Shown: positions 1-8,516 of the stretch, piece by piece
Layout: the number at the start of each line of letters is the position of its first letter
Position numbering within the stretch: the stretch's first letter is position 1
Assembly (NCBI GenBank): GCA_027451385.1
Contig: DAIDJJ010000002.1
Location: forward strand, 1-46,395
Reading direction: 5' to 3'
DNA from: Spirochaetales bacterium
GTDB taxonomy: Bacteria; Spirochaetota; Spirochaetia; JABEVK01
Length of the DNA: 46,395 nt
Notes under the pieces: generated by a model
What the model was told of the DNA's origin: nothing
Databases searched by the model: none
What the model saw: only the letters and a program-made list of their open reading frames with translations
Program-made: the position numbers and the translations under genes

Positions 1-404
1 AAATCAGGATCAAGGCCGCTTGCAGAAGCTGTGACCAGGGCTTCAGGGACAGGGGCCGTCTCCCCTACCCGTGCGGCTTGGACGGCCCAAGAATCGCGTA
101 ACTTTTCAACACCTTGACGAAAAGCTTGGCCGTCAATCGTCAAGTTCGAACCTCCAGAGGCCAAGGCATTATAAGGGTGGTCACCAGTTGCCGAGGGCCG
201 ACCCACAAAGTAGCCTGGCTTTGTAGAAAAGTCTTGGCCGATGAGGCTTGAGCCTACGACGTTTCCCTGAACCGTGATCAACGATCCATTGGCTTGTCTC
301 GGGAACAATTCCTGCGATACTACCATCACGAGAAGCGGGTAACCCATTCCCAGAAGGAGTGTGGCCCATACCACTAAACGCAAACTGACGAAGATTGATT
401 TCAT
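1..404 (-). CDS. kdpC: K+-transporting ATPase subunit C (KdpC); C-terminal end cut by the window edge; not in the supplied ORF track
   Basis: ATG at 404-402 lies 2 nt after the kdpB stop (406-408). My minus-strand translation is open to position 1: MKSIFVSLRLVVWATLLLGMGYPLLVMVVSQELFPRQANGSLI...GRPSATGDHPYNALASGGSNL...EALVTASASGLDPD. It has an N-terminal TM helix plus the conserved KdpC blocks GRPSAT, ASGGSNL and LVTASASGLD. Confidence 0.9.
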   Translation of the reverse strand, partial: MKSIFVSLRLVVWATLLLGMGYPLLVMVVSQELFPRQANGSLITVQGNVVGSSLIGQDFSTKPGYFVGRPSATGDHPYNALASGGSNLTIDGQAFRQGVEKLRDSWAVQAARVGETAPVPEALVTASASGLDPD

Positions 405-405
405 T

Positions 406-2466
406 TCACCACCTTCCCGTTAAAAGAATATCAATAAGCTTGATCCCCAAAAAAGGTAACGTGAGACCACCCAAACCATAAATGAGCAGATTTTTCCGCA
501 GTAACTGAATTGCTGACTCGGCCTTGTACGCCACACCCTTTAACGCGAGTGGAATCAGGGCTGGGATGATGAGGGCGTTGAAAATCACCGCCGACAAAAT
601 CGCTGAGGAGGGTGAAGATAAATGCATGATATTGAGGGCCGCTAAGCCAGGATAGGTAACAAGAAACATAGCAGGAAGAATCGCAAAATACTTGGCAATA
701 TCATTGGCAATACTAAAGGTTGTTAAAGAACCTCGCGTCATCAACATCTGTTTTCCGACTAGAACGACCTCGGTCAACTTTGTCGGATTTGAATCCAGGT
801 CAACCATGTTTCCGGCTTCTTTTGCTGCTTGCGTGCCTGAATTCATCGCGACGGCAACGTCAGCTTGGGCTAAAGCCGGAGCATCATTCGTACCATCCCC
901 TGTCATAGCCACCATGTGGCCCTCAGCCTGATATTTTCGAATTAAAGCTAGCTTGTCTTCGGGTTTGGCTTCTGCCAAGAAATCATCGACTCCGGCTTCG
1001 GCGGCAATTGTTGCGGCTGTCATCGGGTTGTCACCGGTAATCATGACGGTCTTGATCCCCATTTGCCGTAATGTTGCGAAACGATTCTTTATGCCTTCCT
1101 TGACAATATCTTTGAGGACAACCAGTCCGAGGACTAACTCATCCTTGGTCACGACTAAAGGGGTAGCTCCAGTGCGGGACGCCGCTTCGGCTTGTTTTTT
1201 GACCGGGTCAGGGAAGTAACCTCCCTGAGATTCGATCCACTGCAACATTGCACTGACGGAACCCTTTCGGTACGAATTGCCGTTCCAATCGAGGCCGCTC
1301 ATACGAGTTTGTGCTGAGAAGGGAATCGAACAATGATCATTATCATTAAACGAAGGGGAAGTAATTTTAAATTTTTGCTTAGCCAAGATGAGGATAGAAC
1401 GGCCCTCAGGCGTTTCATCTGCCCACGATGATAGGTAGGCACTATTTGCGAGTTCCTCAGGATCCACGTGTGGGGCGGGAATCAATTCGCTAGCCATACG
1501 GTTACCAAGTGTTATCGTTCCTGTTTTATCCAAGAGAAGGATGTCGACATCCCCAGCAGCTTCGACGGCACGCCCCGATGTAGCCAAGACGTTTACACCC
1601 GAAAGACGATTCATTCCAGCTATTCCGATAGTGGAAAGAAGAGCGCCGATTGTGGTTGGTGCCAGGCATACAAAAAGGGCTACGAGAGAAGTAATACTGA
1701 CAACCTTACCTGTACCCGACTGTGAAACGGCAAATTGGCTGAACGGTAACAGTGTAGCTGTTACCACAAGGAAAATCAGTGTTAGTGCTACCAAAAGAAT
1801 TGTCAAAGCAATTTCATTAGGGGTTTTCTTTCTTGTGGCACCTTCAACGAGAGCAATCATACGGTCTAAAAAACCTTGGCCAGGTTCAGTGCTTACTTGA
1901 ATAATCAATCGATCTGACAGCACCTTAGTGCCACCAGTTACAGAACTACGGTCACCACCGGCTTCACGGATGACTGGTGCACTTTCACCAGTCACGGCAC
2001 TTTCATCCACACTGGCCGCTCCTAACAGTATTTCACCGTCAATCGGAATCAGAGCTCCAGATTCTACAAGAATAAGATCCCCTTTATGTAAACTGGAAGA
2101 CCCTATGTCTTCAACAGGACATTCCCAGTCCAGAGTTTTAAGTCGCCGAGCTAAAACTTCACTCCGAGTTTTGCGTAACTCAGCAGCCTGGGCTTTTCCG
2201 CGCCCCTCGGCCAAAGCTTCCGCAAAGTTAGAGAATATCACTGTAAACCACAGCCAAGCGGCAACAGTGAAAGTAAAGCCGCTTCCAACACCAGCATCCT
2301 TCACACCGAACCACGAACAAATTCCCAGAAACGTTGTTAAAATTGAACCGATCCATACCATGAACATCACTGGATTTTTCACTTGGAGTTGGGGTTTCAA
2401 CTTGACAACCGATTGGATCAACGCTTCTTTGAATAGCTTTTTTGTAAAAATCGCGTTGGTTTTCAT
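406..2466 (-). CDS. kdpB: K+-transporting P-type ATPase subunit B (KdpB)
   Basis: P-type ATPase motifs [13 protein letters not shown] and [21 protein letters not shown] moved the start to the internal ATG ([10 protein letters not shown]...) at 2466, which forms an ATGA overlap with the kdpA stop (2463-2465). The 81 extra codons in the track ORF lie inside kdpA. Confidence 0.95.
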   Translation of the reverse strand: MKTNAIFTKKLFKEALIQSVVKLKPQLQVKNPVMFMVWIGSILTTFLGICSWFGVKDAGVGSGFTFTVAAWLWFTVIFSNFAEALAEGRGKAQAAELRKTRSEVLARRLKTLDWECPVEDIGSSSLHKGDLILVESGALIPIDGEILLGAASVDESAVTGESAPVIREAGGDRSSVTGGTKVLSDRLIIQVSTEPGQGFLDRMIALVEGATRKKTPNEIALTILLVALTLIFLVVTATLLPFSQFAVSQSGTGKVVSITSLVALFVCLAPTTIGALLSTIGIAGMNRLSGVNVLATSGRAVEAAGDVDILLLDKTGTITLGNRMASELIPAPHVDPEELANSAYLSSWADETPEGRSILILAKQKFKITSPSFNDNDHCSIPFSAQTRMSGLDWNGNSYRKGSVSAMLQWIESQGGYFPDPVKKQAEAASRTGATPLVVTKDELVLGLVVLKDIVKEGIKNRFATLRQMGIKTVMITGDNPMTAATIAAEAGVDDFLAEAKPEDKLALIRKYQAEGHMVAMTGDGTNDAPALAQADVAVAMNSGTQAAKEAGNMVDLDSNPTKLTEVVLVGKQMLMTRGSLTTFSIANDIAKYFAILPAMFLVTYPGLAALNIMHLSSPSSAILSAVIFNALIIPALIPLALKGVAYKAESAIQLLRKNLLIYGLGGLTLPFLGIKLIDILLTGRW

Positions 2467-4166
2467 ATTCTTGTCTCCTGAAAAAATTCCGCAATTGGAC
2501 CAAGAGCAAGACACGGTATAAAATTCAAGGCAGCAACAAGTAAAACAAAAAAGGTCAGGAGAATACCGAAGGTTATTCCGTACGTCGGCATAGTTCCCAA
2601 GCTCGAAGCTGAAACCTTTTTTTTCCCAAGATTTCCTGCCAATACAAGAATAGGTACGATTACCCCAAAGCGACCAATCAACATGGTGATCAAACCGGTA
2701 ATGTTCCAAAAGAATGTATTGCTGTTTAACCCAGCAAACGCACTGCCATTGTTGTTCGCCATGGATGAAAACGCATATAAAATTTCTGTAAAACCGTGCG
2801 GGACAGGGTTGTTCATGTCTGCGGGCACCCCTTTCACCATAGTGGCGAAAGCCGTACCACCAAGTATTAAAAAGGGTGTGATCGTCACGACAATAACGAT
2901 CAGGACCACAGAGAAACTATCGATTTTTTTGCCCAAGTATTCGGGGGTTCTGCCAACCATAAGCCCCCCAACAAAAACAGTTAAAAGAATCAAGGCTAAC
3001 ATGCCATACATGCCGCTACCCACACCACCGAATACGACTTCTCCAACTTGCATGGCCAACAAAGGCATCATGCCACCTAAAGGTGAAAAACTATCCAACG
3101 TGGCGTCTGTGGCTCCGCAAGACGTCGACGTCGTAGCAAGACTGAAAAGTACGGAAGGGCCAATCCCAAAACGAGTTTCTTTGCCTTCCCAATTTCCCGA
3201 ACTCCAATCAACACCCGTTACGGCATTCGATGGTGATGAAAATTCAGAAAAAAATGTTGGGATAAAAAAAGCTGTGAACAAGGCAAGCATGACGCCGTAG
3301 ATAGCCCAACTTTGCCTTTGATCGCGAACCATTCGCCCGAAAGTGAAAACAAACGCTACAGGTAGCAATAGCATCGAAAAAGTTTGTAAGAAATTGGTAA
3401 AGGCTGTGGGATTTTCAAACGGATGCGCCGAGTTAGCATTGAAAAACCCTCCCCCGTTTGTCCCCATTATTTTGATCCATTCTTGGCTTGCCACTGGCCC
3501 TAAAGGGAGGAACTCTTTGCTACCATTCCCTACTGAAAAGACTTTGTATGGCGCCAAGTTTTGAATCACACCTTGTGATACCAAAAAAACTGCTCCCAAA
3601 ATCGACAACGGGAGCAGTATGTACAAATTGATTCTGATTAGGTCACTCCAAAAATTGCCTAATTGGTGAGTTTCACGACGAGACAGGCCTCTGAACAATG
3701 CGGCCATGATGGCTATACCAACTGCGGCCGAAAGGAAATTCTGGACTGTCAAGACAGCCATTTGTGAAAAATAGCTCATGGTCGTTTCCCCTGCATAGTT
3801 CTGCCAGTTCGTGTTGGTAACAAAACTCACAGCAGTATTCAGGGCAAGGGTCCAGGGAACTCCGGGATATTGTTGCGGGTTGATAATGTTCTGAAAAGGA
3901 ATCCTATCCTGAAAAATCAAAAGAAAGAAAACAACGGCAATTTTGACAATCGAAAAGATTAACACGGCCCAGATCCATTGTTTTGAGTCCATCTCTTCGC
4001 CGGGATGGACCCCCGTACAACGGAATAAAAAACGTTCAATTGGCCCCAGTAACTTAGTCACTCCCTCTGGTCCTGCCTCGAGGACTCGGGCAACCCAGTG
4101 CCCCAGGGGCCAAGCAACAGCCGTCAGCACAATAAAAAAAACTAGATAATACAGGATTTCGTTCAT
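2463..4166 (-). CDS. kdpA: K+-transporting ATPase subunit A (KdpA)
   Basis: Polytopic membrane ORF of about 567 aa, directly upstream of and coupled to kdpB. Size, hydrophobicity and position are typical of KdpA. I prefer the ATG at 4166 ([11 protein letters not shown]...), preceded by GGGGAG, over the TTG at 4184. Confidence 0.9.
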   Translation of the reverse strand: MNEILYYLVFFIVLTAVAWPLGHWVARVLEAGPEGVTKLLGPIERFLFRCTGVHPGEEMDSKQWIWAVLIFSIVKIAVVFFLLIFQDRIPFQNIINPQQYPGVPWTLALNTAVSFVTNTNWQNYAGETTMSYFSQMAVLTVQNFLSAAVGIAIMAALFRGLSRRETHQLGNFWSDLIRINLYILLPLSILGAVFLVSQGVIQNLAPYKVFSVGNGSKEFLPLGPVASQEWIKIMGTNGGGFFNANSAHPFENPTAFTNFLQTFSMLLLPVAFVFTFGRMVRDQRQSWAIYGVMLALFTAFFIPTFFSEFSSPSNAVTGVDWSSGNWEGKETRFGIGPSVLFSLATTSTSCGATDATLDSFSPLGGMMPLLAMQVGEVVFGGVGSGMYGMLALILLTVFVGGLMVGRTPEYLGKKIDSFSVVLIVIVVTITPFLILGGTAFATMVKGVPADMNNPVPHGFTEILYAFSSMANNNGSAFAGLNSNTFFWNITGLITMLIGRFGVIVPILVLAGNLGKKKVSASSLGTMPTYGITFGILLTFFVLLVAALNFIPCLALGPIAEFFQETRI

Positions 4167-4213
4167 TAGTCTCCCCAAAGCCAAGGCTTCTGAGAAAACT
4201 TATGTCAAAAGTT

Positions 4214-4263
4214 CGTAAAAAGGGGGTAAAAGTCTTTCGTTGTTCGGTAAAAAAGCGGTAAAA
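4214..4263 (-). promoter_or_regulatory. Four phased heptamers (TTTTACC/TTTTACG on the kdp sense strand) upstream of kdpA; candidate OmpR/KdpE-type response-regulator boxes
   Basis: Plus-strand copies: CGTAAAA at 4214-4220, and GGTAAAA at 4225-4231, 4246-4252 and 4257-4263. Start-to-start spacing is 11, 21 and 11 bp, so all copies fall on one helical face. Confidence 0.35.
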
Positions 4264-4294
4264 TCTCAGGCTAAAAGCGAAGCAATCTTCTTAG

Positions 4295-4876
4295 CTAAAA
4301 CCAAAAGCCAACAAAGGCTTGAATCGGGGTAAATTGAATCAACAAGCGGTTAAAGCTCAAAGGGTCATAGTTCAAGGGGGAATAAAGGACTTCTTGAACT
4401 GCCAAAGAACTATAAACCCCAAAGCTCAAATAATTCGTTGGGGCTAGGGAAATTCCCCCAGGAATATAGAGGGAAGTTACAAACTGCGAGGAAGAATTAT
4501 TCAACCATCCAGTGACACCAACCCCCACACCCGCAAAAGGCCGAACAAATTGATGTCCCAAGTACATGACTTCTTCGGCATTCAGCCCCCAAGTAATCAG
4601 CCCGCTGTTCGGGCTGTTGTAAGAATCTGAACTAAAACTCAAGCCCATTCTCAATTCTTGTTGAGGGGAGAATTTATGAGCAAAATCCACTTGCCCCAAA
4701 AGGGACCCTGGGATTTGCAAATTGCTCAAATAAGCTTTATAACTATAACTCGAAGACAGTACCGAAATGTACACACCGTTGGTGAGGTCCTCAGCAGGCA
4801 CTAGCTGTGGTAAAAGAAAAAGACCAAGCACGAAGAATGTGGCAAGAATAGGAGACGATTTCTGTAAAACTTTCAT
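4295..4876 (-). CDS. Small outer-membrane beta-barrel protein (OmpW / OMP_b-brl-like); function unknown
   Basis: Signal peptide MKVLQKSSPILATFFVLGLFLLPQLVPA, alternating beta-strand-like pattern rich in Y/G/S, and a C-terminal aromatic signature ...AFVGFWF ending in Phe. Confidence 0.6.
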   Translation of the reverse strand: MKVLQKSSPILATFFVLGLFLLPQLVPAEDLTNGVYISVLSSSYSYKAYLSNLQIPGSLLGQVDFAHKFSPQQELRMGLSFSSDSYNSPNSGLITWGLNAEEVMYLGHQFVRPFAGVGVGVTGWLNNSSSQFVTSLYIPGGISLAPTNYLSFGVYSSLAVQEVLYSPLNYDPLSFNRLLIQFTPIQAFVGFWF

Positions 4877-4890
4877 AATTAATCGGAACT

Positions 4891-4917
4891 TTAATATTTT
4901 TTTTAAAACCCTGTCAA
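4891..4917 (-). promoter_or_regulatory. Candidate promoter of the barrel gene, containing an A8 tract in the spacer
   Basis: The reverse complement of 4891-4917 reads TTGACA GGGTTTTAAAAAAAA TATTAA. The spacer is 15-17 nt depending on which -10 hexamer is chosen. The ATG lies 14 nt downstream with no SD. Confidence 0.3.
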
Positions 4918-5318
4918 GTCAGTTAGAATATGCGTGTTCATAAGGAAGGTAAGTGGAACAATACTCCCTCAAATTATTGTTGAACACCATTACCAGTACC
5001 TACCGAAGAACCACCTCCCTTACTATAAAGAATATTAACTTTTACTTGCCCCATCGGTACACCAGTCCTAAAAGGTTGGCCGCCGTAACGTATAATTAGG
5101 TTCCGCCCGAGGTCGAGGACAATCGGCCACCACCGTGTTACCGTTGAACCCTTCAACGGCAAAAGTAAAAGAACCCAAATCCTCCCCATTAAGATTTCTT
5201 TAAGCTCTTAGAAGCGTTTTTGTGACATAGTAGTGACATAGTCATGACAAGAATTTGAAACCTCCCTCGTATCGGAGGAGACAAAGGAATAGATACTGTT
5301 GCCAGCAGGAGGTCCCCC

Positions 5319-6760
5319 ATCAAAGTCGCCGTCGTCAATACCAGTGATATCAAAGGTGGAGCCGCGAAAGCTGACTACCGCCTGCATCAAGGCTTTTTGA
5401 ACTTAGGACTCGAATCACGAATGCTGGTACAAGATAAAAAGACGGACGACCCGACGGTTTGGGCCCACAGAACATTCGAGAGAAGGCAACCGTCCGCCTA
5501 CAAACCTTCCTCGATCAACTCCCCCTCACTCTTTACCCAAACCGAAGTTCTGCGATGTTTTCTCCAGCTTGGGTGCCCTTTAGTCCTGTAATAAAGCAAC
5601 TCAAAAATTTTGAACCCGACCTTGTTCACTTGCACTGGGTTCAAAAAGGAATGCTGAGCATCAAGGATTGGAAAAAACTTCCCGGTCCCATCGTCTGGAC
5701 ACTCCATGACATGTGGGCCTTTACCGGCGGGGATCACTACGATTGTGAACAAAGGTGTTATACCCGGCAGTGCGGTCATTGTACCAACCTAGGCTCCAGC
5801 CGGGAACACGACCTCTCCCACCGTATTTGGAAGCAAAAGAAAGCCGCATGGAAAAACGTTCCCCTAACCATAGTCACCCCGAGCCACTGGCTGGGGGAAC
5901 AGGTTCGACAGAGTTCGCTGTTAGGGGAACGTCCGCTTCATATCATTCCCAATGGCCTGGATACTGAGTTCTATCGTCCTCTCCCTAAAGCCCAAGCCCG
6001 TTCACTTTTGAACCTTGAGGCAGAACGGCCCTGGATACTCCTCAGCGGACTTGACCTCAACGAGGACCCTCGAAAGGGCTTCGATCTTTTAACTGAGATG
6101 TTACAATTCCTGGCGTCAAAGCATTCCCGCCTCGGCGTTCTGATTGCCGGAGCTTCTTGGTCTCCCCGGCAACTACCTGCGGGCCTAGACTACAAGTTTT
6201 TAGGCAAACTTGAGGATGAGTTAAGCCTCGTCCTCGCTTACAATGCCGCTGATGTGGTCGTGCTTCCCTCCCGGCAAGAGAACTTTTCGAATGCCATGGT
6301 CGAAGCCATGGCCTGCGGGGTTCCTGTAGCTGGCTTTGACATCGGGGGGAATCCTGATATGATCGTCCCTGGTGAAACAGGGGTTTTAGCACCCCCCTTT
6401 GATACCAAAGCCCTCGCGGGGGAGGTCGATAAGCTTTTGAGCCACCCCGAGGCGCTTAGGCGGCTGTCTTCTCAAGCCCGAGAACGAGCGGTTGCCATGT
6501 GCTCTCTTCCCAAGGTAGCCCAACGCTACCATGAGGTTTTTGCTGCGGTGGAGGATTCGTATGTTCCTGGGCAACTCCAGAAGTTTTCTCGTGTTACCCC
6601 TGGTACTTCTCGGCACTCTGAGTTGTTCTCCGAGGCAGCCCCTGACAGCTCAACAGGTGTTTCAGCTCTGGGTACCCGGGACTGCCCTCAAACCTCTTGT
6701 CCAGAGCTTACAAAATCGGAACATTCCTTACACTCCAACTCAACCCAACACTCCAACTAA
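5319..6760 (+). pseudogene. Family-4 (GT-B) glycosyltransferase, disrupted by a non-canonical ATC at the SD-spaced start position and a 1-nt frameshift near 5459-5461
   Basis: The frame starting at 5319 reads IKVAVVNTSDIKGGAAKADYRLHQGFLNLGLESRMLVQDKKTDDPTV, a typical GT4 N-terminus. It then stops making sense. The track ORF (frame of 5459) continues with GPQNIREKATVRLQTFLDQLPLTLYPNR...VWTLHDMWAFTGG...VVLPSRQENFSNAMVEAMACGVPVAGFDIGGNPDMI. AGGAGG at 5307-5312 sits 6 nt before ATC 5319. There is no ATG/GTG/TTG in frame after the TGA at 5256-5258. Confidence 0.7.
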
Positions 6761-7085
6761 ACCCACTCAACAGGGGTTCCTGGTATTCTCGACTCCAGAG
6801 GTCGACGTCAAAAATGCTTGGATGGACACAGTTTTTGCCCAGGACACACTCGTCAGCCTCAGTTTAATGTTTAACGCTAGCCAAACCGAAGCGGACCAGC
6901 TATTTACCCTGTTGGCCCCGCGCTTGATTAACGCCAAAACCATAGAGAAAAATCACTTTTGGTACCTTCCGGCCACGAAGACTTCCCGCGCTCAATACCT
7001 GTACTTTGGGCCCTTCGACCACGGCTGGCGTTACCGTGACTGGCTGGCCCCTGAAAACAAGGTTTCCTCAAGGAGTTCCCCATGA
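6561..7085 (+). CDS. Putative lipoprotein, unknown function
   Basis: GGAGGA at 6550-6555 sits 5 nt before ATG 6561. The signal peptide with lipobox is MFLGNSRSFLVLPLVLLGTLSC. The stop overlaps the start of the next gene (ATGA at 7082-7085). Confidence 0.6.
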   Translation: MFLGNSRSFLVLPLVLLGTLSCSPRQPLTAQQVFQLWVPGTALKPLVQSLQNRNIPYTPTQPNTPTKPTQQGFLVFSTPEVDVKNAWMDTVFAQDTLVSLSLMFNASQTEADQLFTLLAPRLINAKTIEKNHFWYLPATKTSRAQYLYFGPFDHGWRYRDWLAPENKVSSRSSP

Positions 7086-8308
7086 CCGCGCCCGACAAGA
7101 CGGCCCCCAGCTACCGCCGAGCCCTTGTGCTGATTGTTATGTTTGGGGTCATCAGCTTTTTTAGCGACCTGACCTACCAGGCCGGGCGAAGTCTGAACGG
7201 GCCCTTCTTAGCCCTTTTAGGGGCAGACGCCGCTCTGGTGGGGTTGGTTGCGGGTTTGGCAGAATTCTTGGGTTACGCGGTACGGCTTCTGACAGGCCGT
7301 TTGGTCGACAAAAGCAAAGCTTACTGGGCTTTCACCTTGGGCGGCTACGCCATGGTGGCCTCAGTGCCTTTGCTCGCTTTAAGCGGAACTTGGCAGGTGG
7401 CGGCCCTTTTTATTGTCCTAGAACGACTTTCGAAAGCCGTCCGCGCTCCCGCCAAGGACACCATCTTGTCGATGGCAGCCCGCCGCGTCGGCACTGGCTA
7501 CGGTTTTGCCTTACATAAAATCATGGACCAAGCAGGAGCCATTCTGGGACCGCTTCTGATGAGCTTTCTGCTCGCCGGGTCGCTGGGTTCAGCTCTTCAG
7601 AGTGCCCAAAGCTACCGCCAAGCTTTTACTTGGTTGTGGATTCCCTTTGTCGTCATGATTGCGGCCGTGCTCTTTGGTCAAGCCAAAGCTCCCAACCCCC
7701 AAGCTTTAGAGGTTGAGCTAGCGGGTCCCCCGGCCCCCACCCCAGAAAAACTCTCCCGAACCTTTTGGATCTATAGCCTTTTTACCCTTTTAGCTGGGAT
7801 GGGCTTTATCAACTTTGCCCTTCTCGCCTTCCATGCCAAGACCACAGGTTTGTTATCTGACGCCGCCATCCCCTTTTGGTATGCCGCCGCGATGGCCGCC
7901 AATGGGATTGCCGCCTTTTTAGTCGGTCGTTGGTACGACAAAAAGGGGTTAAAAGTTCTGTACGCGGTGCCGCTGTTGTCACTCCCCTTACCCTTTTTAG
8001 GGTTTCTAGGGACCAACCCCAACCTTTTAATCGCCGCCATTCTTTTGTTTGGCTTTAGTCTGGGCATCCAAGAGACCGTCATCAAGGCAGGTATTGCGGA
8101 CCTCACCCCCCTGAACAAGCGCGGGACAGGTTACGGCATTTTCAATACGATGAACGGCTTGGGGCTTTTAGTCTCGGGAGGCGTCATGGGGCTGTTGTAT
8201 GACGTATCCCCACTTGCGGTCTGCGCTTTTTCGGCTACTGCGGAAATCGCGGGTCTGATCGTTCTGGTGGTCCTTCTGGGTGGTAAAAAAGTGGAACCGC
8301 GAACGTAA
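7082..8308 (+). CDS. MFS-type transporter
   Basis: 408 aa with about 12 hydrophobic segments arranged as two halves split by a central loop. A basic loop motif (GRLVDK) follows TM2, as in MFS proteins. Translationally coupled to the upstream lipoprotein gene. Confidence 0.8.
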   Translation: MTAPDKTAPSYRRALVLIVMFGVISFFSDLTYQAGRSLNGPFLALLGADAALVGLVAGLAEFLGYAVRLLTGRLVDKSKAYWAFTLGGYAMVASVPLLALSGTWQVAALFIVLERLSKAVRAPAKDTILSMAARRVGTGYGFALHKIMDQAGAILGPLLMSFLLAGSLGSALQSAQSYRQAFTWLWIPFVVMIAAVLFGQAKAPNPQALEVELAGPPAPTPEKLSRTFWIYSLFTLLAGMGFINFALLAFHAKTTGLLSDAAIPFWYAAAMAANGIAAFLVGRWYDKKGLKVLYAVPLLSLPLPFLGFLGTNPNLLIAAILLFGFSLGIQETVIKAGIADLTPLNKRGTGYGIFNTMNGLGLLVSGGVMGLLYDVSPLAVCAFSATAEIAGLIVLVVLLGGKKVEPRT

Positions 8309-8408
8309 AATTCCCAGCGTGGAATTTTTTCGTTTCCCGAGTAGGAATTTTTCATTTCTCGAGTGGAATTTTTTCATTTCTCGAGCAGGAATTTTTTGTT
8401 TCGGGTGC
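8307..8408. repeat. Palindrome AAAATTCC-N6-GGAATTTT followed by four tandem 21-23-bp units (consensus GGAATTTTTTcaTTTCtCGAGya)
   Basis: Palindrome arms at 8307-8314 and 8321-8328, overlapping the MFS stop codon. Units at 8321-8343, 8344-8364, 8365-8387 and 8388-8408, read directly from the sequence. An A/T-rich tract follows at 8409-8440. Confidence 0.85.
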
Positions 8409-8516
8409 GAAAAAAATTTGAACGAAATTTAAAAAAAAATTGAAGCAAAGTCTCTTTTCCTTCTGTTCTCTGCGGTATGGGCTTCGTTGAAGGCCCTCAG
8501 CAAACAGGAGGTACGT

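Noticed and set aside
181-369. 62-aa minus-strand ORF from the track
   Set aside because: It is in a different frame from, and entirely inside, the kdpC reading frame (404 down to 1). The kdpC frame carries clear KdpC motifs.
2467-2709. 81-codon N-terminal extension of the kdpB track ORF
   Set aside because: It overlaps the 3' end of kdpA. The ATG at 2466 gives the canonical ATGA coupling and a normal KdpB N-terminus.
692-4149. Plus-strand ORFs of 60-205 aa inside kdpB/kdpA (e.g. 1928..2521, 2683..3300)
   Set aside because: They are antisense shadow ORFs within well-supported genes. They have low-complexity composition and no SD.
4203-4208. TTGACA as the kdp -35 element
   Set aside because: There is no acceptable -10 hexamer 16-18 nt downstream. 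The element lies only about 35 nt from the kdpA ATG.
4974-5189. 71-aa minus-strand ORF in the gap between the barrel gene and the glycosyltransferase
   Set aside because: No SD precedes its ATG, there is no recognisable motif, and it has a G/S-rich tail. I treat the region as non-coding, but I cannot exclude a small secreted protein.
5208-5390. 60-aa minus-strand ORF
   Set aside because: It is antisense to the genuine N-terminal coding segment of the GT4 gene (IKVAVVNTSDIKGGAAKADYRLHQG…).
8131-8377. Two overlapping minus-strand ORFs (74 and 69 aa)
   Set aside because: They are generated by the tandem repeat units, each of which reads ATGAAAAAATTCC on the minus strand, and by the 3' end of the MFS gene.
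8321-8408. Possible CRISPR array
   Set aside because: The units are contiguous with no spacers, there are only four copies of 21-23 bp, and there are no cas genes in the window.
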